In this document: positions 48,495 through 60,720 of the stretch, in pieces | Numbering within the stretch: the stretch's first letter is position 1 | Layout of the letters: each line of letters opens with the position of its first letter | NCBI GenBank assembly: GCA_003427395.1 | Contig: BFEA01000004.1 | Span: 8,612,993 to 8,676,992, forward strand | DNA: 64,000 bases | Origin: Chara braunii | Taxonomy: Eukaryota > Plantae > Charophyceae | Direction: 5' to 3' | The notes under the pieces: generated by a model | Seen by the model: the letters and a program-made list of their open reading frames with translations, nothing else | Databases searched by the model: none | Told to the model about the DNA's origin: nothing | Translations under genes and position numbers: made by a program

Positions 48495-49384
48495 TGAAAC
48501 GGTTTTCACCTTTATGGTAGCAGTTCCCGTTCCCAGGGCTTGATCCCCGGATCTCACCCTTACCCATGTACAGTGTTAGTTGCCTGTGTGTGTTTGAACC
48601 CGCGAACTGTGGCTTGGTAGTCGCCTGTTGTCTGTCACAGGTTAGTGTCGGTCAGGAGTCTTAGTAGGGTTAGGAGTCGTAGCTGCTACAGTACCGAAAG
48701 GTCAAGTCTACGAACTTCCGGAAGGTCTGGAAGCGACCCTTCGTGTGGTCTTAGGCTAAGGTCTGTAGGCAAGTGGGCAAGTGGTTAGTCCAACCTCGCC
48801 TAGTCAGCGGTACCCAGTCCCAGTCACACTTTGTCCAGTCAGCAAGTACCATGTGGGACTGTGTGCACCCTGGGCCCGGTGGAAAGGGGCAGACCAGCAA
48901 CCAACCGAAGTATAAATCAAGAGGCAGCGTCCAGTCATTCATTCATTCTGCCTGTGAGTCGTGAGGAAGCGCTGCCTGAGCGTCTTGTGCAAGGAGGTCT
49001 GCAGGTGCCCGAAGGAGAAGTGGGCTGCGAGGACGACGAAGCGGCCATAGCTGCTAGCAGCTAGGAGGTAGAAGGCAGCCATAGCTGCCATAGGTTAGAG
49101 ATAGGCTGTAGCGTGTAGGGGTGAGAGTGTTGTGTGAAGTGTCTGTGTGTGTGTGTGACATCCAGGGACATCCAGAGTAGTGTGCGTGTGAACAGTTGCT
49201 GGGAATACAGTGTCGGCTGGGTGTTGTGTGGGCGCACAGGCGCCATAGCCATCAGGAGCAAGTTGAAATCTGAACTGTGTTCTTGGCCTCAATATCTCTG
49301 AGCTTTGTGTGGGCGCCTGGCGCCAGTGTGATTGCCATCTGTTTTCATGCATGCTGAGTAACGAAGAAGACGAGTCTGGTTGCA
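48495..49384 (+). repeat. 3' LTR
   Basis: Direct repeat of the 5' LTR, preceded by purine-rich GGCGGGAG and followed by TSD ACAG. Confidence 0.95.
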
Positions 49385-49907
49385 ACAGTTTCCGTGCAAA
49401 GTTCAGTGAAAATTTCAGAAACAAACTATATGGGCCCATAGTGCAAACATTAAAAAAAAAAGGAACTCTCGAAGTCAAAATGAAGCGCTCAACGAATCCA
49501 ACAATACGCCAACTTTTTCATTAGTGATCCAAACATGTCAAAACTGGACACATGACGTACCCTAAAGCACCTACACATCAGACAAAACGAAAAACAAGAA
49601 AAAAAAGCAAAAAATCAGGGCAATATGACAGTTTCAGATAGGACGATTGTCACGCCTCTGGGGTAGGATGAGATCTTGATCATCCACCCAAATGTCACCG
49701 TAGTGCAGCCCCCTAGCCAAGGGGGGGTCTTCAAGTCACTCAGCAAGCTGCCACGTGGCACTGCAGATGGCCATGTGTGCAGGCAGCAGCAGCCACGGGG
49801 CGGGCGGGGGGGGGAGGCGAGTAACACCCGCTGCTGCCAGGGAGGAGAAAATAGTCGATGTGACACTCTTGAACAACGTGCCACACACTCACCTCATGCT
49901 TTGATAG

Positions 49908-49980
49908 TGGCCAGTGTGTTAGAGCACTAGCCACACGCGCATGAGCAGCAGCTGCCCAGGTTCAAACCCTCGCAACAGCA
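49908..49980 (+). mobile_element. Possible degenerate tRNA-SINE head
   Basis: TGGCCAGTGTGTTAGAGC (A-box-like) and GGTTCAAACCC (B box). Confidence 0.35.
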
Positions 49981-51180
49981 TGCATTCCAAATCTTGACAT
50001 AGACATATCTGGGAGTGGGTGGGGCACAATGCGTGTATGCGACGGCCTTGGCCTTGACGCCTGCATCACCGCTTCTCCTCTTTCCCGTTGTTTTTGCTCT
50101 GCACGCCCCGAAAAACCTCCAAATCCTGCTGTTCGGGATTACGCGCCAGGGGGTGCTGCTTGCTGCTTGCGGGACGGGATGGGAGATGGCGGAATGGAGA
50201 GAAGCAGCTCTGCCGTAGACTCGACATGCGCGTACCCACAGCTGTGCAAATGAAGAATGATCCCGAATACAGACTGCAGCTGGGGTATACCCCAAGCGGA
50301 CTGACATGACTGAACGGGACTGGTACCGGACTGGACTGGACTACATAGACACACGGCCTGTTTCTGCGCTCTCCCTGAGAACCCCAAATCCGGGCTCATT
50401 TCTGTTTTTGAGAGTTGGCTGTCAAGGGGGGGAAGGGGGGTATAAATTGGTTTTAAGGGGCTAAAGGGGTTTAAAGGGGGGTGGCTTAGTGTTATTCTGT
50501 TATTTTCTTTTTTATCTCCGATTCTGTGAGGAATTCTGATGTGACCCTCAGCCAAAAGTCGTTTGTATTGCAATTCTACACAACATATTATTTCTTTCAA
50601 AATTCTTTGTTTTTTTTTTTTTGTTTTTTTTTACGCTGGGGCTGCACGGAACCCTACCCGGTGGTCATCCCCGGCTGGGCACCCATGCGTGTATCCGGGC
50701 ATAAGTCGGGTGCCTGGGCGCCGGTGCCCGGGAAAACAGCCTAGAGTTTCAGTGCAGAATTCGGCGAAAATAAACACCCCCGGTTCACCACATGTTAACA
50801 CAAAAACGAATCCACAAGGCAGCAAAATGGAGGAAATCTTCAAGAAGTTCACCAAAAACAAACTAGACAGTGGAATCCAGGCACACTAGAAGGAGAAAGA
50901 CTTGTACTTTAAAAAAGAATGGTTAACTCTACCAGTAACAACAGCCAAGAAACACCAAAAGGCTTAAACCACCAGTACATGGCCCCAGCCAAGTTGAGAA
51001 TCTGACTGAGCCTCTCCTAAAATTGCTTGGGACAGGTCGTCTGAAGGGCCAGTACACCGTGGGGTGGCACTAGGCCCAGCCCTGAACAAAAAACAAGAAT
51101 CTACCTGCCCCCAGGTGGGCCCTGTCCCAAGTCCCCTAACTTTCTGGAGAGCCTCATTCCAATTCTCTAGACGTACTCGT

Positions 51181-51280
51181 GGTTTAACTCAGTTGGTACA
51201 CCCATGAACTGTTGAAATACAGACCCAAGTTCGAATCCAGATGCAATCAAATGAATGAACAGGGAAAAAAAAAACAAAAA
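51181..51280 (+). mobile_element. Short tRNA-like SINE (second copy at 57557-57628)
   Basis: A box TAACTCAGTTGG, B box GTTCGAATCC, A-tail; homologous copy downstream. Confidence 0.55.
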
Positions 51281-51785
51281 GCCAACAGACACACACCAAT
51301 CCAAATAGGCCATCGAGTCCACCCGAGGATCCCTCTAGAGGAGAGCCAGAATGTATGAAAAAAAAAAATGAAAAAAAAGGGATAGACAAACTCAAAACCA
51401 TCAAGCCACTTAGAAAACGAGTAACCGAACAAATGCTAACTATAAAAGAAGAACGGCAGACCCCCCCAACAGCGGTAGCGAACTGATTAATCAGGGTCAA
51501 GCAAGGCTAGATGAGCAAGTGTAACCCCAGGTTCTGAACCAGGGGACTATCAGTCTTTTAGGAAAAGAGGCACTGAGCATATTCTAACTATGATAGAGGT
51601 CATTTGCCAGTTCACTTCGGCAGGCTGAGGCGAAAGGCGCAGAAGATCAGTCTTCCTTTTCCAGGCAGACAAACAACTACAGACATAGCTAACGGTAAAA
51701 TAAAGGGGATAAGAGTAAAGGATACGAGGAGCAAGTGCAAAAGTCAAGTAAGGACCTGACAGACAATCCTTTCAAAGGGAAGCAC

Positions 51786-52023
51786 CATACTTCCAAGCAG
51801 ACGGACCGGACGAGCGTCCGGTCCGGTCCGCTTTGCCGCGTGCGGCACCTTCCCCCCGGACCAGATGGACCCGGACCGGACCGGACAGGGCCATTTTTTT
51901 ATTTTTATTTTTTGGGGTGGGGCGTAACTGGTCGTCGGGCGCACATTCGTGCGCCGCGCGGGTCCGGTCCGGCGGTCTGCCGCACTTACGGAACCGCCCG
52001 GACGGCGTCCGCTTGCAAGTATG
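51786..52023. mobile_element. hAT-type MITE
   Basis: TIR CATACTT(C/G)CAAGC, 8-bp TSD GGAAGCAC, CCGGA-rich. Confidence 0.85.
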
Positions 52024-52105
52024 GGAAGCACTCAATGCTATCAGGATCACTTGGGATGTAGCAGCCATCCTATTGTTAAAAACAGGGGGAGAGCAGTGGT
52101 GAATC

Positions 52106-52203
52106 TTCCTTTGGGACATCCGTTAAAATTGGGAAGATACAGAAAAGGGTGATTAGCATGGCCCCCGCACAAGGATGACACGCATAAATCGAGAAATGGT
52201 TCC
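52106..52203 (+). pseudogene. U6: U6 snRNA retrocopy, followed by an A-run and a LINE-tail fragment
   Basis: CCTTTGGGACATCCGTTAAAATTGG..GATTAGCATGGCCCC..AAGGATGACACGCATAAATCGAGAAATGGT; ACAGAGA box damaged. Confidence 0.9.
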
Positions 52204-52591
52204 CCCCCAAAAATAAAAATAAAAAAAATCAAGCGGATAGTAATCAATGCTGCTGTCTCAGGGTCTCCCAACCATAATGGGAAGAAGCATTGAGTGTGTG
52301 CATCTGATGTAAGGGATGCTGGACCCATTTTCCAGCGTTATTAATATGAAAACATTGAAAAGCCGATTTTTCTGCACTAATAGAAAAATAAAAAAGAAAA
52401 GAAAAAAGGAGAAGGAGTTTGCACTTCACAGCATCATGAGCATGAGAGCTGAATGGAACATGCAGGTAACTATGGATAAACAGCTCATTACTTTAGATTG
52501 AATCCACACAGAAGCCCGGATTGACTGATCCTAGCGGCTAGCCCCGTCAAGACAAAACCAGAAACAAATAAAAAGGGAGTTGTCCACTCAC

Positions 52592-52648
52592 CTATAACTT
52601 CCATATCCCATGTGAGGAACTTGTTGAGCTTTGATTCCAACTCAGCAG
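52592..52648 (-). CDS. Host gene exon (AELESKLNKFLTWDMEVI)
   Basis: gatgcag acceptor, AG|gtgagt donor, phase 1 to 1, fits the exon at 55858-56032. Confidence 0.65.
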   Translation of the reverse strand: MLSWNQSSTSSSHGIWKL

Positions 52649-52752
52649 CTGCATCCACAGTAAGCAATAAACACCCTTGAGTGAAATACTTCAGCGGAAC
52701 TTCAACCTGTTTGGTTGTGTATGGGACTGAAGTTACATTAGTCAGTGAACTT

Positions 52753-52915
52753 TTTTTTTTCTTTTTTCTTTTTTCTTTTTTGAAACATCCCAGGGTCATA
52801 CCATAGGGGCTGATAAGAGCAGTCCCTTGTGCTATAGTTTTTGGGTGGCTCCCATCCATTGGTGGGGAGCAACACCTGCCAGAAATCGGGTCGAGCATCC
52901 CTTGACACATACATC
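52753..52915 (-). mobile_element. Short retroposed LINE/SINE tail with poly-A
   Basis: TSD AGTCAGTG(A/G)ACTT at 52740-52752 and 52916-52928; empty-site homologue at 55451-55518; GCTCCC..GGGAGC hairpin. Confidence 0.75.
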
Positions 52916-53178
52916 AGTCAGTGGACTTAGTTTGCAAACCAGCTGGCATCCAGGACAGAAGGTAAAGTTACACCCCCTGTTTTTTGGCATGTTTTCAAAA
53001 GGGCGGTTTGGATAGGCAGACCGGGCTGTACCCAAGCAGAGGCTTGGCTGTGATCGGTGTACACTGTTGCAGAATGAGACACTGGACCCGGTTTCCAGCA
53101 CAAGCCAAACCTGAGTAACGACCTGAATACTTCCAGGTGGAATTGTGAGGTCCCCGGCCTCGTCTTATTATTATTTAT

Positions 53179-53609
53179 CATGGCTACCATCTGGACATCC
53201 GGACAGGCGTCCAGAGTCCAGACGGTCTGCTGTCCGGTGTCTGGACGCAGGACCGTAGGAGGCCCGTCCGGAAGGGGCCAAACCCACGAAATTCAAAAAA
53301 AAAATGGGGCACCCTAGACCTGTTCCTTGGGTCCAGGACGCCCCCTGAAAAATGTTTCTATGATTTTTGGGGCCGGTATCGGCCGTACAGGGCGGCCGGA
53401 CCGACCCCTTTTCTATTTGCATCCTGGGCAGACTGTTGGAGGCAGAGCGCAGTTCCCCAGTGACAAAGGGAAGAACGGGCGGATCTAGGCACTTCAGAGT
53501 GCTTTCTTGCCCACCCGCCGCCGCCACACACACGCACACTCACACACACACAGAGGGAGAGGGAGAGAGAGCCTTTGTTACTGTTGTGGACTGGTGCGCA
53601 CATGCAAGG

Positions 53610-53671
<62 letters not shown>

Positions 53672-53672
53672 N

Positions 53673-53757
<85 letters not shown>

Positions 53758-54218
53758 TGAACTCAGACTTCAAACTTTGAACTTTAAATTATGAACTGCT
53801 AAACTCTTGAACTTCATTTAATATTTACCTTTATTCAGTTTTACTGTGGAGTGTTCTTTTTTTGTTTCATCACTTTTTCTTCCCTTGCAGCAGTTGGTGC
53901 TTTGCAGTGACTGTGCCAGCACAGTGCATGTCAAGGAATGATCATTCATGCTTGTCATATATGCCAACAGCTATGTCTTCCTGGAACACTTCCCCTTAAG
54001 TCATGGTTACACGATGAAACTGCATAAGAGACCGGCAAGGTTTTTTTTTTCTTTCAATCCGGACCGATCCGGACATGATCATCCGGACCATCCAGACTGA
54101 TCCGGACCATGTCCGGACGGTCCGAACTGGTCCGGAAATCCGGATGTCCGGATCATATCCGGACCGACTGGTTGTCTGGGTCCAGATTGGTCCGGTGTCC
54201 GGGTCCGCGGTAGCCATG
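53179..54218. mobile_element. Non-autonomous hAT-type element containing (GA)n
   Basis: TIR CATGGCTACC/GGTAGCCATG, 8-bp TSD TTATTTAT. Confidence 0.9.
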
Positions 54219-54671
54219 TTATTTATAATGCAAGTTGATGCTTCCTTTTTTACTATTTATAATGCATGCAATGAACCCAGTCTCGTTATTCCATCATTTC
54301 GACAAACAGCAATGTCGTGCAATGTCGTGAGATAATCAATCCAATAAGTCCATAGTTCGAAGTCGTTGAATTACATGTTTTCTCATGAAGTCTCAAAGTC
54401 CACAGTATCCAGAAAAGAGAGGAGGGGAGAATAGACAGTCCGGAGGAGAAGTGTAAAACAGCAATTAAGCCCCTTTCTCCTTCAGGCTCTCCACCTCTGC
54501 CACGTCAGCAACCTGCACTCAATGTGCCACGTCAGCACTCTGTACTCCAGGTGACATGTGGACGATGTAGAAGCAGCCCCTCACAAATAAGCAATCCTCC
54601 GACAGCGAGAAGAATCGGCGGCAGCTTGGCATCAGAAGAAAACAGGTACGTACGCACGACAACTCACATTA

Positions 54672-54680
<9 letters not shown>

Positions 54681-54762
<82 letters not shown>

Positions 54763-54802
54763 CACACATGCACACACACACATACACACAACACACACAC
54801 AC
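54681..54802. repeat. (CT)n(CA)n microsatellite
   Basis: Read directly from the sequence. Confidence 0.95.
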
Positions 54803-55703
54803 TCATTCCCTCGCCGTCATCTACGGTCACGGCATTGGCCGCACTCCTCTTCCTCTCTCTATACTACAATATCTGGCTGGCACCCATCAAGCACCCTGGC
54901 GCCAGCACTCCCTTTGAAGTCCCACGTGCAGCTTCGTGGCGCCAGCACTCCCTTTCAAGTCCCAGGTGCAGCTTCGTGGCCGCAAGCAACTCACAAGACG
55001 GAATGCCCACGCAGTGGCAAGGTCAACCTTTTGTAGCGTTGACTCGCGCTGTCCAGGGTCAGCGTCGGTCCATGTGAGGGCCCGAATCATCCGATTAGTT
55101 CCAGTTTCGGTCCGGACTCCTCTAGGCCTGAATCTTTCAGAATCTGCAGACAACTGTTACATCATTCCAGATCGACGGCCAGGAAATCTTGGGTGTTGAC
55201 TTTGACTTCTCGGATCTGGGCCTGGGTCCACGAGTTGACTGTTGACGTTTCAGTCAACTGTTGGCCTGGTCCATTTTCAAGGCCTGTTTGACGCCTCTTT
55301 TTCAAGGCCTGCCCGTTTGTGCTTGTCTGTGGGTGCGTCGAGAGCCCAGCAGCTCAAGTTGGCACACGAGTTACAGCATGCAAGTCGATGCTTCGTTTTT
55401 GTTTTTGAAAAAAAACAGGCAATAAACACATTGAGCAAAATACTTTAGCAGAACTTCAACCTGTTGATCATGTTTATGGGATTAAAATTCAATTAGTTGG
55501 TGAACTTAGTTTGCAAACTTTGCACCACTAATTGATGAGGGAGACACAAACTTCAACCATTGCCGTGGGCACCCTTGTTGTCGAGAGACGGTTCCTCTAC
55601 TAGTCAATGAGGGCAACAAAAACTCCGTTGTTTGCTCTGCTAGTTGACGAGGGTGAAAACAACTTCAAGTGTTGGAGCGGGAACCTTAGTTTTCGCTCTA
55701 CTA

Positions 55704-55808
55704 CCATCTTCACCCAAATAGAACGCCCAGTCGTTATCGCTGCATGTGGACTGAAAGCTGCGCAAAATACAGCAATAATGAAAGCACGTTGTATTGGGGT
55801 GAAGAAGG
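55704..55808. mobile_element. Second copy of the 105-bp TA-flanked MITE
   Basis: Same length and TIR as 40673-40777, opposite orientation, TA on both sides. Confidence 0.85.
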
Positions 55809-55857
55809 TAGTTGATGAGCGTGACAAAAAAATTGAACCGTTGCAGTGCAGGCAGAC

Positions 55858-56032
55858 CTTGTTTCTCCTTCGACTCCAGCAGCATCCTTGTTTCATTTAC
55901 TTTGGAGTCAATTTCCTCTGCTTCTCTGTCAATTGCATTGATCAGCCTCCATTGGTTTTCGGCTTTCTCATTTGCAAGGGCCAGCTCCCTCGTCTTCATG
56001 ACCAAATTCTGCTCAAGCTGATGATTGGTCAC
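55858..56032 (-). CDS. Host gene exon (VTNHQLEQNLVMKTRELALANEK...LLESKEKQ)
   Basis: ctgcag acceptor, AG|gtctgc donor, 175 nt, phase 0 to 1. Confidence 0.7.
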
Positions 56033-56843
56033 CTGCAGCATCACCATCACAGAAGAATCCAGGCAAAACTGTTAAAGACGGATGTCTCAACCTCAACGGT
56101 CAGCAGATGACAGTGGTACTGGCACATCCAACAGATCACCTCATTCCTTAATTGATAGACTAATCCCCCATTATCATCATCATACAGCTCAACTACCAAA
56201 TGCTTAAAATTGCACATAGGCCTGCTATGGCACATTATGATTGGATGGCTCATTTCAATTCCAAATCTCAACTCAAAATACACCTCTCAAAATTGGAACC
56301 AGCCATGGGGGCCTCGTCCCACTAGCAGCGTTCAGTTTCCTCAGCGCCCGAATCTGGACTAGTTTGTGGAGACGTGCAGGAAATCACGTTGAGTTTCCTC
56401 GACTGCACATCAGATTCTCCACAAACACGTCCAGATTTGGGCATGAGATTGCGGAGACTTGGATAATCTACCAAATGATTGTTGAATCAACTTGAATGTA
56501 GATTAAGGAACCTCAACACTGCTAGTGGGATGCGGCCCGAGGAGATGAACACTGCCTATTGTAACGAGTATTGTAACTTAAACTTTTAAGAATGATACCC
56601 ACAAATTGAGACATCCTCCAAATTTTAGAGAAAGAAAAATGAAGAAACAAAAAGACGGCACCAAGTTAGCAACGACTTTTCGACTCCATAACGGGGACTA
56701 CTTGAGATTATGTACAGATGAAATCAAAGAATGAATGCTATCATTGCCACCTGTGACTCTCCATGAAATGCCTCTACTGGATGGGTCTACCCATCTGAAT
56801 GCAAACGCACAGAGCAAGAAGCAAAGGAGCACTTTCCAATTTT

Positions 56844-56933
56844 GAGGAAGAAGAAGAAGAAGAAGAAGAAGAAGAAGAAGAAAAAAAAGAATAAGAGGAG
56901 GAGGAGGGGGAGAAGCAGACGAAGAAGAAGAAG

Positions 56934-56962
<29 letters not shown>
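56844..56962. repeat. (GAA)n/(GAG)n trinucleotide tract
   Basis: Read directly from the sequence. Confidence 0.92.
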
Positions 56963-56964
<2 letters not shown>

Positions 56965-57322
56965 CACAGGGTAGATTCCTGGTCCACAGTTCAGCACACA
57001 AGGTCAGTGCAAAATGATTGGAAAAGTTCAGATTATCACTGCACAAGTGTGCAATGCAACATACCATTACAAGAGGAAGCCTATAACAGTGCGCTTTGCT
57101 ATAACAGTGTGCTTTGCTTGTACTAGTGAAAAACATGGAGCCTCCGCAATGGCAACGGTCCAACGGATACGTCAGAACATGCAACTAAGACATGCAAAGA
57201 TGTATTCTCTGTGAGATATAAAGCCTAGGACATATTTGATTATATAGATGTGTATGGCACTGTATGATCTATTTTCATGTTTCACCAACAACTGTTTTGC
57301 TGCAGCCCTAGCAAGGTTGTAC

Positions 57323-57433
57323 CTTGAGCTCCTCCACGCACGAATTCCTCATCTGCATTAATGCTGCCATTTCCCTCTTCAACTGCTCTTCTTTCTGAAT
57401 CATGATTTCAATTCGATCTTGCTGATCCGATAC
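57323..57433 (-). CDS. Host gene exon (VSDQQDRIEIMIQKEEQLKREMAALMQMRNSCVEELK)
   Basis: tttttggcag acceptor, AAG|gtacaa donor, 111 nt, phase 0 to 0. Confidence 0.72.
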
Positions 57434-57693
57434 CTGCCAAAAAGAGGGATTGCAGACGAGCAACGCAGGCAACAGATGAACCAGAGACAAAGTCTGCGCA
57501 ATCTTTACGCCAATAAGGACGACCAAGGCGGCATTTGAGGGTTGAACCGACAAGCGTACCTCAGCTGGTACACCCATCAACTGCTGAAATACAGACCCAA
57601 GGTTGAACCCAGATACCATCAGATGAACAACAACAATTCTGAATTACATGGGGCCAGTCAGTTCAATGAATACCTCAAAGCCATTGCCCTTTT

Positions 57694-58136
57694 TTTTTTC
57701 TTTTTTTTTTTGATAAGACAGGGCCTTATGGTCCTGGCTCCTATTCTGGGGAGCGTCAGTCCGGTTCCTGTTCCCCCAGCAAGTCAAAATACATAGTACA
57801 TGAGACAGAACACGCTCACGCTTCCTTCCGTTCAGGCCGAAGGACCCATGATCAGCATTGATTGCTCCATCATGGTGGAGGATTGACTGTCAGCTTGCCC
57901 AGATCCTCTCTTTCCTCTCAGACCTGATGAACAGATCTGTCGGATGGTTCTATGTTCCCTAGAAAGAGTTCAATCGTTGACCTTGACGGCCTGTGTCTAA
58001 CCCCTTGTACTATCTAGCCTATGACCCAATTTGACCATCCTTCCTCTAATGGTGAACCCCGTTACAGCATTGCCCTTTTGGAAAACCTTGATTAGTGTAT
58101 CTCTTTTCTCCCCCCATCTGAGTCAGACTTGCTTCT
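57694..58136 (-). mobile_element. 5'-truncated LINE 3' UTR/tail insertion
   Basis: Poly-T, conserved multi-hairpin tail, TSD GCCATTGCCCTTTT at 57680-57693 and 58137-58150. Confidence 0.85.
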
Positions 58137-58159
58137 GCCATTGCCCTTTTTATTCTCAT

Positions 58160-59910
58160 TTTTAACACAAAACACACTCCCGCCCCTTCTATTCTGGGGG
58201 GCAACAGTCCTGTTACTCTTCACCGGCAAGCCTGAAAAGCATCACATGAAGCGATGGAGCAACTCTGCCAAGGCTTGAGGCGCCATAGAAAATGAGCTGT
58301 TGTTACACTGCAGAGGGTGGCAGCCGGGCTTTCACTGTTTCAACCCCCTCCTAGCCAGGAGATGCTCTGTGTACCCAGACGCTCAGGGTTAGAGCGGGCC
58401 ATGATCGTCCTCCTCCTCTGCACTGTAACAATGCTCCTGCTGCTGAAAGTCTGCCGCTTTGAATGCAGCGGCTGCATCAATTCACCACTGATCCCCGCAT
58501 CTAGCATTATTCCTAGAATCCATCATCTTCCCCACTATATGGTCCTCTATTGCGAGGCTAATTGTTCTACCTCCCCGCTCCCCCAGTTCTTCCAAACACA
58601 GCTCTCTTCTCTGCATTACAGTTTCCTCAATTTCCCTCTTTTAATGTGAACATCCCCGGCCACACACCCCACTGTCCCCCTGAAGACACCAGCCGGGCGA
58701 CCAGCGCCCTTCCCTCGCCTATCCTACAATTCTAAACTATACTCGCTGCCCCAGGCCAGAGGAGATAACAACGTATCTCCTGCAGGTTCCGGAGATCCAA
58801 CCAACACCTCCCCCACTTTTTTATCGAGTGCCATCAGTCCCCACCCCTATCCGCGCACCATGATTTTCCATACTCAACAGGTTCCGACCTCCCCTTCCAC
58901 GGCTACGTTCTCCCAATATCAGCTAGGCAACCTACTTTTACCCAATCCATCCGTGTCCCTCTCTTCCGTTCCCCCCTTTTCCTAATCTACCTTCCCTGGT
59001 GCGAACTGGGGCTGTCCCTCCTAATGGCATATCCCAAGACCTCCCATTCCTCTTCGGGCTCCATGTCTGGTGCCGGCTGTCATTCCAACCGAGCAGATCC
59101 CCAAACTTTTACGAACCATTCACCAGGTCAAATTCGACCAGTGCCGGGAACGAGTGCCGGGAACGATCTCCATGTTCTATAAAACAGGGAATCCTCATAG
59201 AGAGGGGCCCGAGAGTTCAGCTGCCTGCGTTGGAAGTCAGCCACTATTGCCTGTCTGATTGCTTGGCTGACTGCCGCCCTTATTGCCTCCATTGCTGGTT
59301 TCTCGCTTCCTTTCACAACCGCACACCAGGTTTTCCAAATTCCCCAGCAGGCAGCGGCTTTGGTTATCTCCCCAGCATACTGGGTGGCACCACGATCCTG
59401 CTTGATCTCGCCTGCTTGTACCAGGGGTCCCAACAGTATCCCCTCCGTTGTCAGTTGCTTTCGGGAGAGCGGGGTCCAGTCTGCCATCGCTTGCTCCCAC
59501 CATTCCCAAACCCTGACTGCATATTCACATCCCAGGAACAAGTGGGGGATTGTCTCGTTGGCCTGTCCACACACACAGCAGCTCGTGTTATGATACTGTG
59601 ATTCGGAGGACTGCCACTCTGCGGTGGCCACTGCCAGATGGACGATCATCCACAGCAGACCGGCCTATTTCTGATCCGGAAGCATACCGTTGAGCTGTGT
59701 GAACCGGCGCATTGTTGCCGGATACCACCTTTTCAATGTCTGCTGTGGCACCCACCGTCTCTTTCTCCCTCTCCCTTTGAGCTCATCACTGATATCATAT
59801 GGCTGGAGCAATTGCAGATTAAGGATTTTGTGGAGGCTTGGAACAGCGAAACGTGCCGGCGCCCTTTTGAAAAGCGAAAAAAGGTAGTACTCGGCACTGA
59901 GGGGCATTGA
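58160..59910 (-). mobile_element. 5'-truncated LINE of a more distant family
   Basis: CCVCGQANETIPHLFLGC zinc knuckle, WGIWK motif, tail motif at 58180-58230. Confidence 0.82.
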
Positions 59911-60480
59911 GGAATGATCTGCCCAAAATTAGAGGAAATTGAGGAATGATGACCTTATTTCAAAACTCACATCCTTATTTTTTACGTTTTAAATCGTCCC
60001 GCACACCACTTCACCATGACCATTCTCTGATGGGTCATCCATTGCTCGTACCTGTGGTAACAACATAGTAAATGCTCAGTCAGTTTGTGACTAAGCGTCC
60101 ATAGCTGGGTTGTCCATAGTTGCAGTATGACATCGGGTACGCAGAAGATGGATGGTTGGGAGTACAAAGTAGGATGTCGGAGGCACTGATGAAGTATCCC
60201 ACTTTGATAAAACTTCTGGAAGCACAGGCATAGGGGTATGAAGGATGATGATAATGAGAACAAAGTAGGATGGTAGAGACTCTGTAGAGTATAAATATTA
60301 TAAAATCAAGAACAGAGAAGATTGTCAACACTCTCAAGTGGCAATCAATTGGAGGACTATAATCCAGAGTGTTAAGTCTTTTAAACTCAGTTTTTTTTTT
60401 TTTTTTTTGGGGGGGGGGGTCAAGATCCTTGTCTTTTTACTATTCCTGGAAACCTCGTTCAGCATCCTGTACATCTTTAC

Positions 60481-60674
60481 CATTGTTACCCAGGACACGG
60501 ACATCCAGACATCCAGACACTGACACCACTCCCATGTCTGGATGAAACCGGACGTCAGCTTAACCGGACATGCATCCGGGCATCCAGACATTCAGACGTG
60601 GACGGTCCGGCTGGATGTGTGGATGTGCGGATTCACAAAAGAGGAAACAAACAGACAAACAAGCAAACAACCTG

Positions 60675-60720
<46 letters not shown>

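Larger units (their letters stand above)
40299..49384 (+). mobile_element. Ty3/Gypsy chromovirus-type LTR retrotransposon, structurally complete but decayed
   Basis: LTRs 40299-41307 and 48495-49384 (TG..CA), TSD ACAG, PBS, PPT, domain order gag-PR-RT-RH-INT-chromo. Confidence 0.95.
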
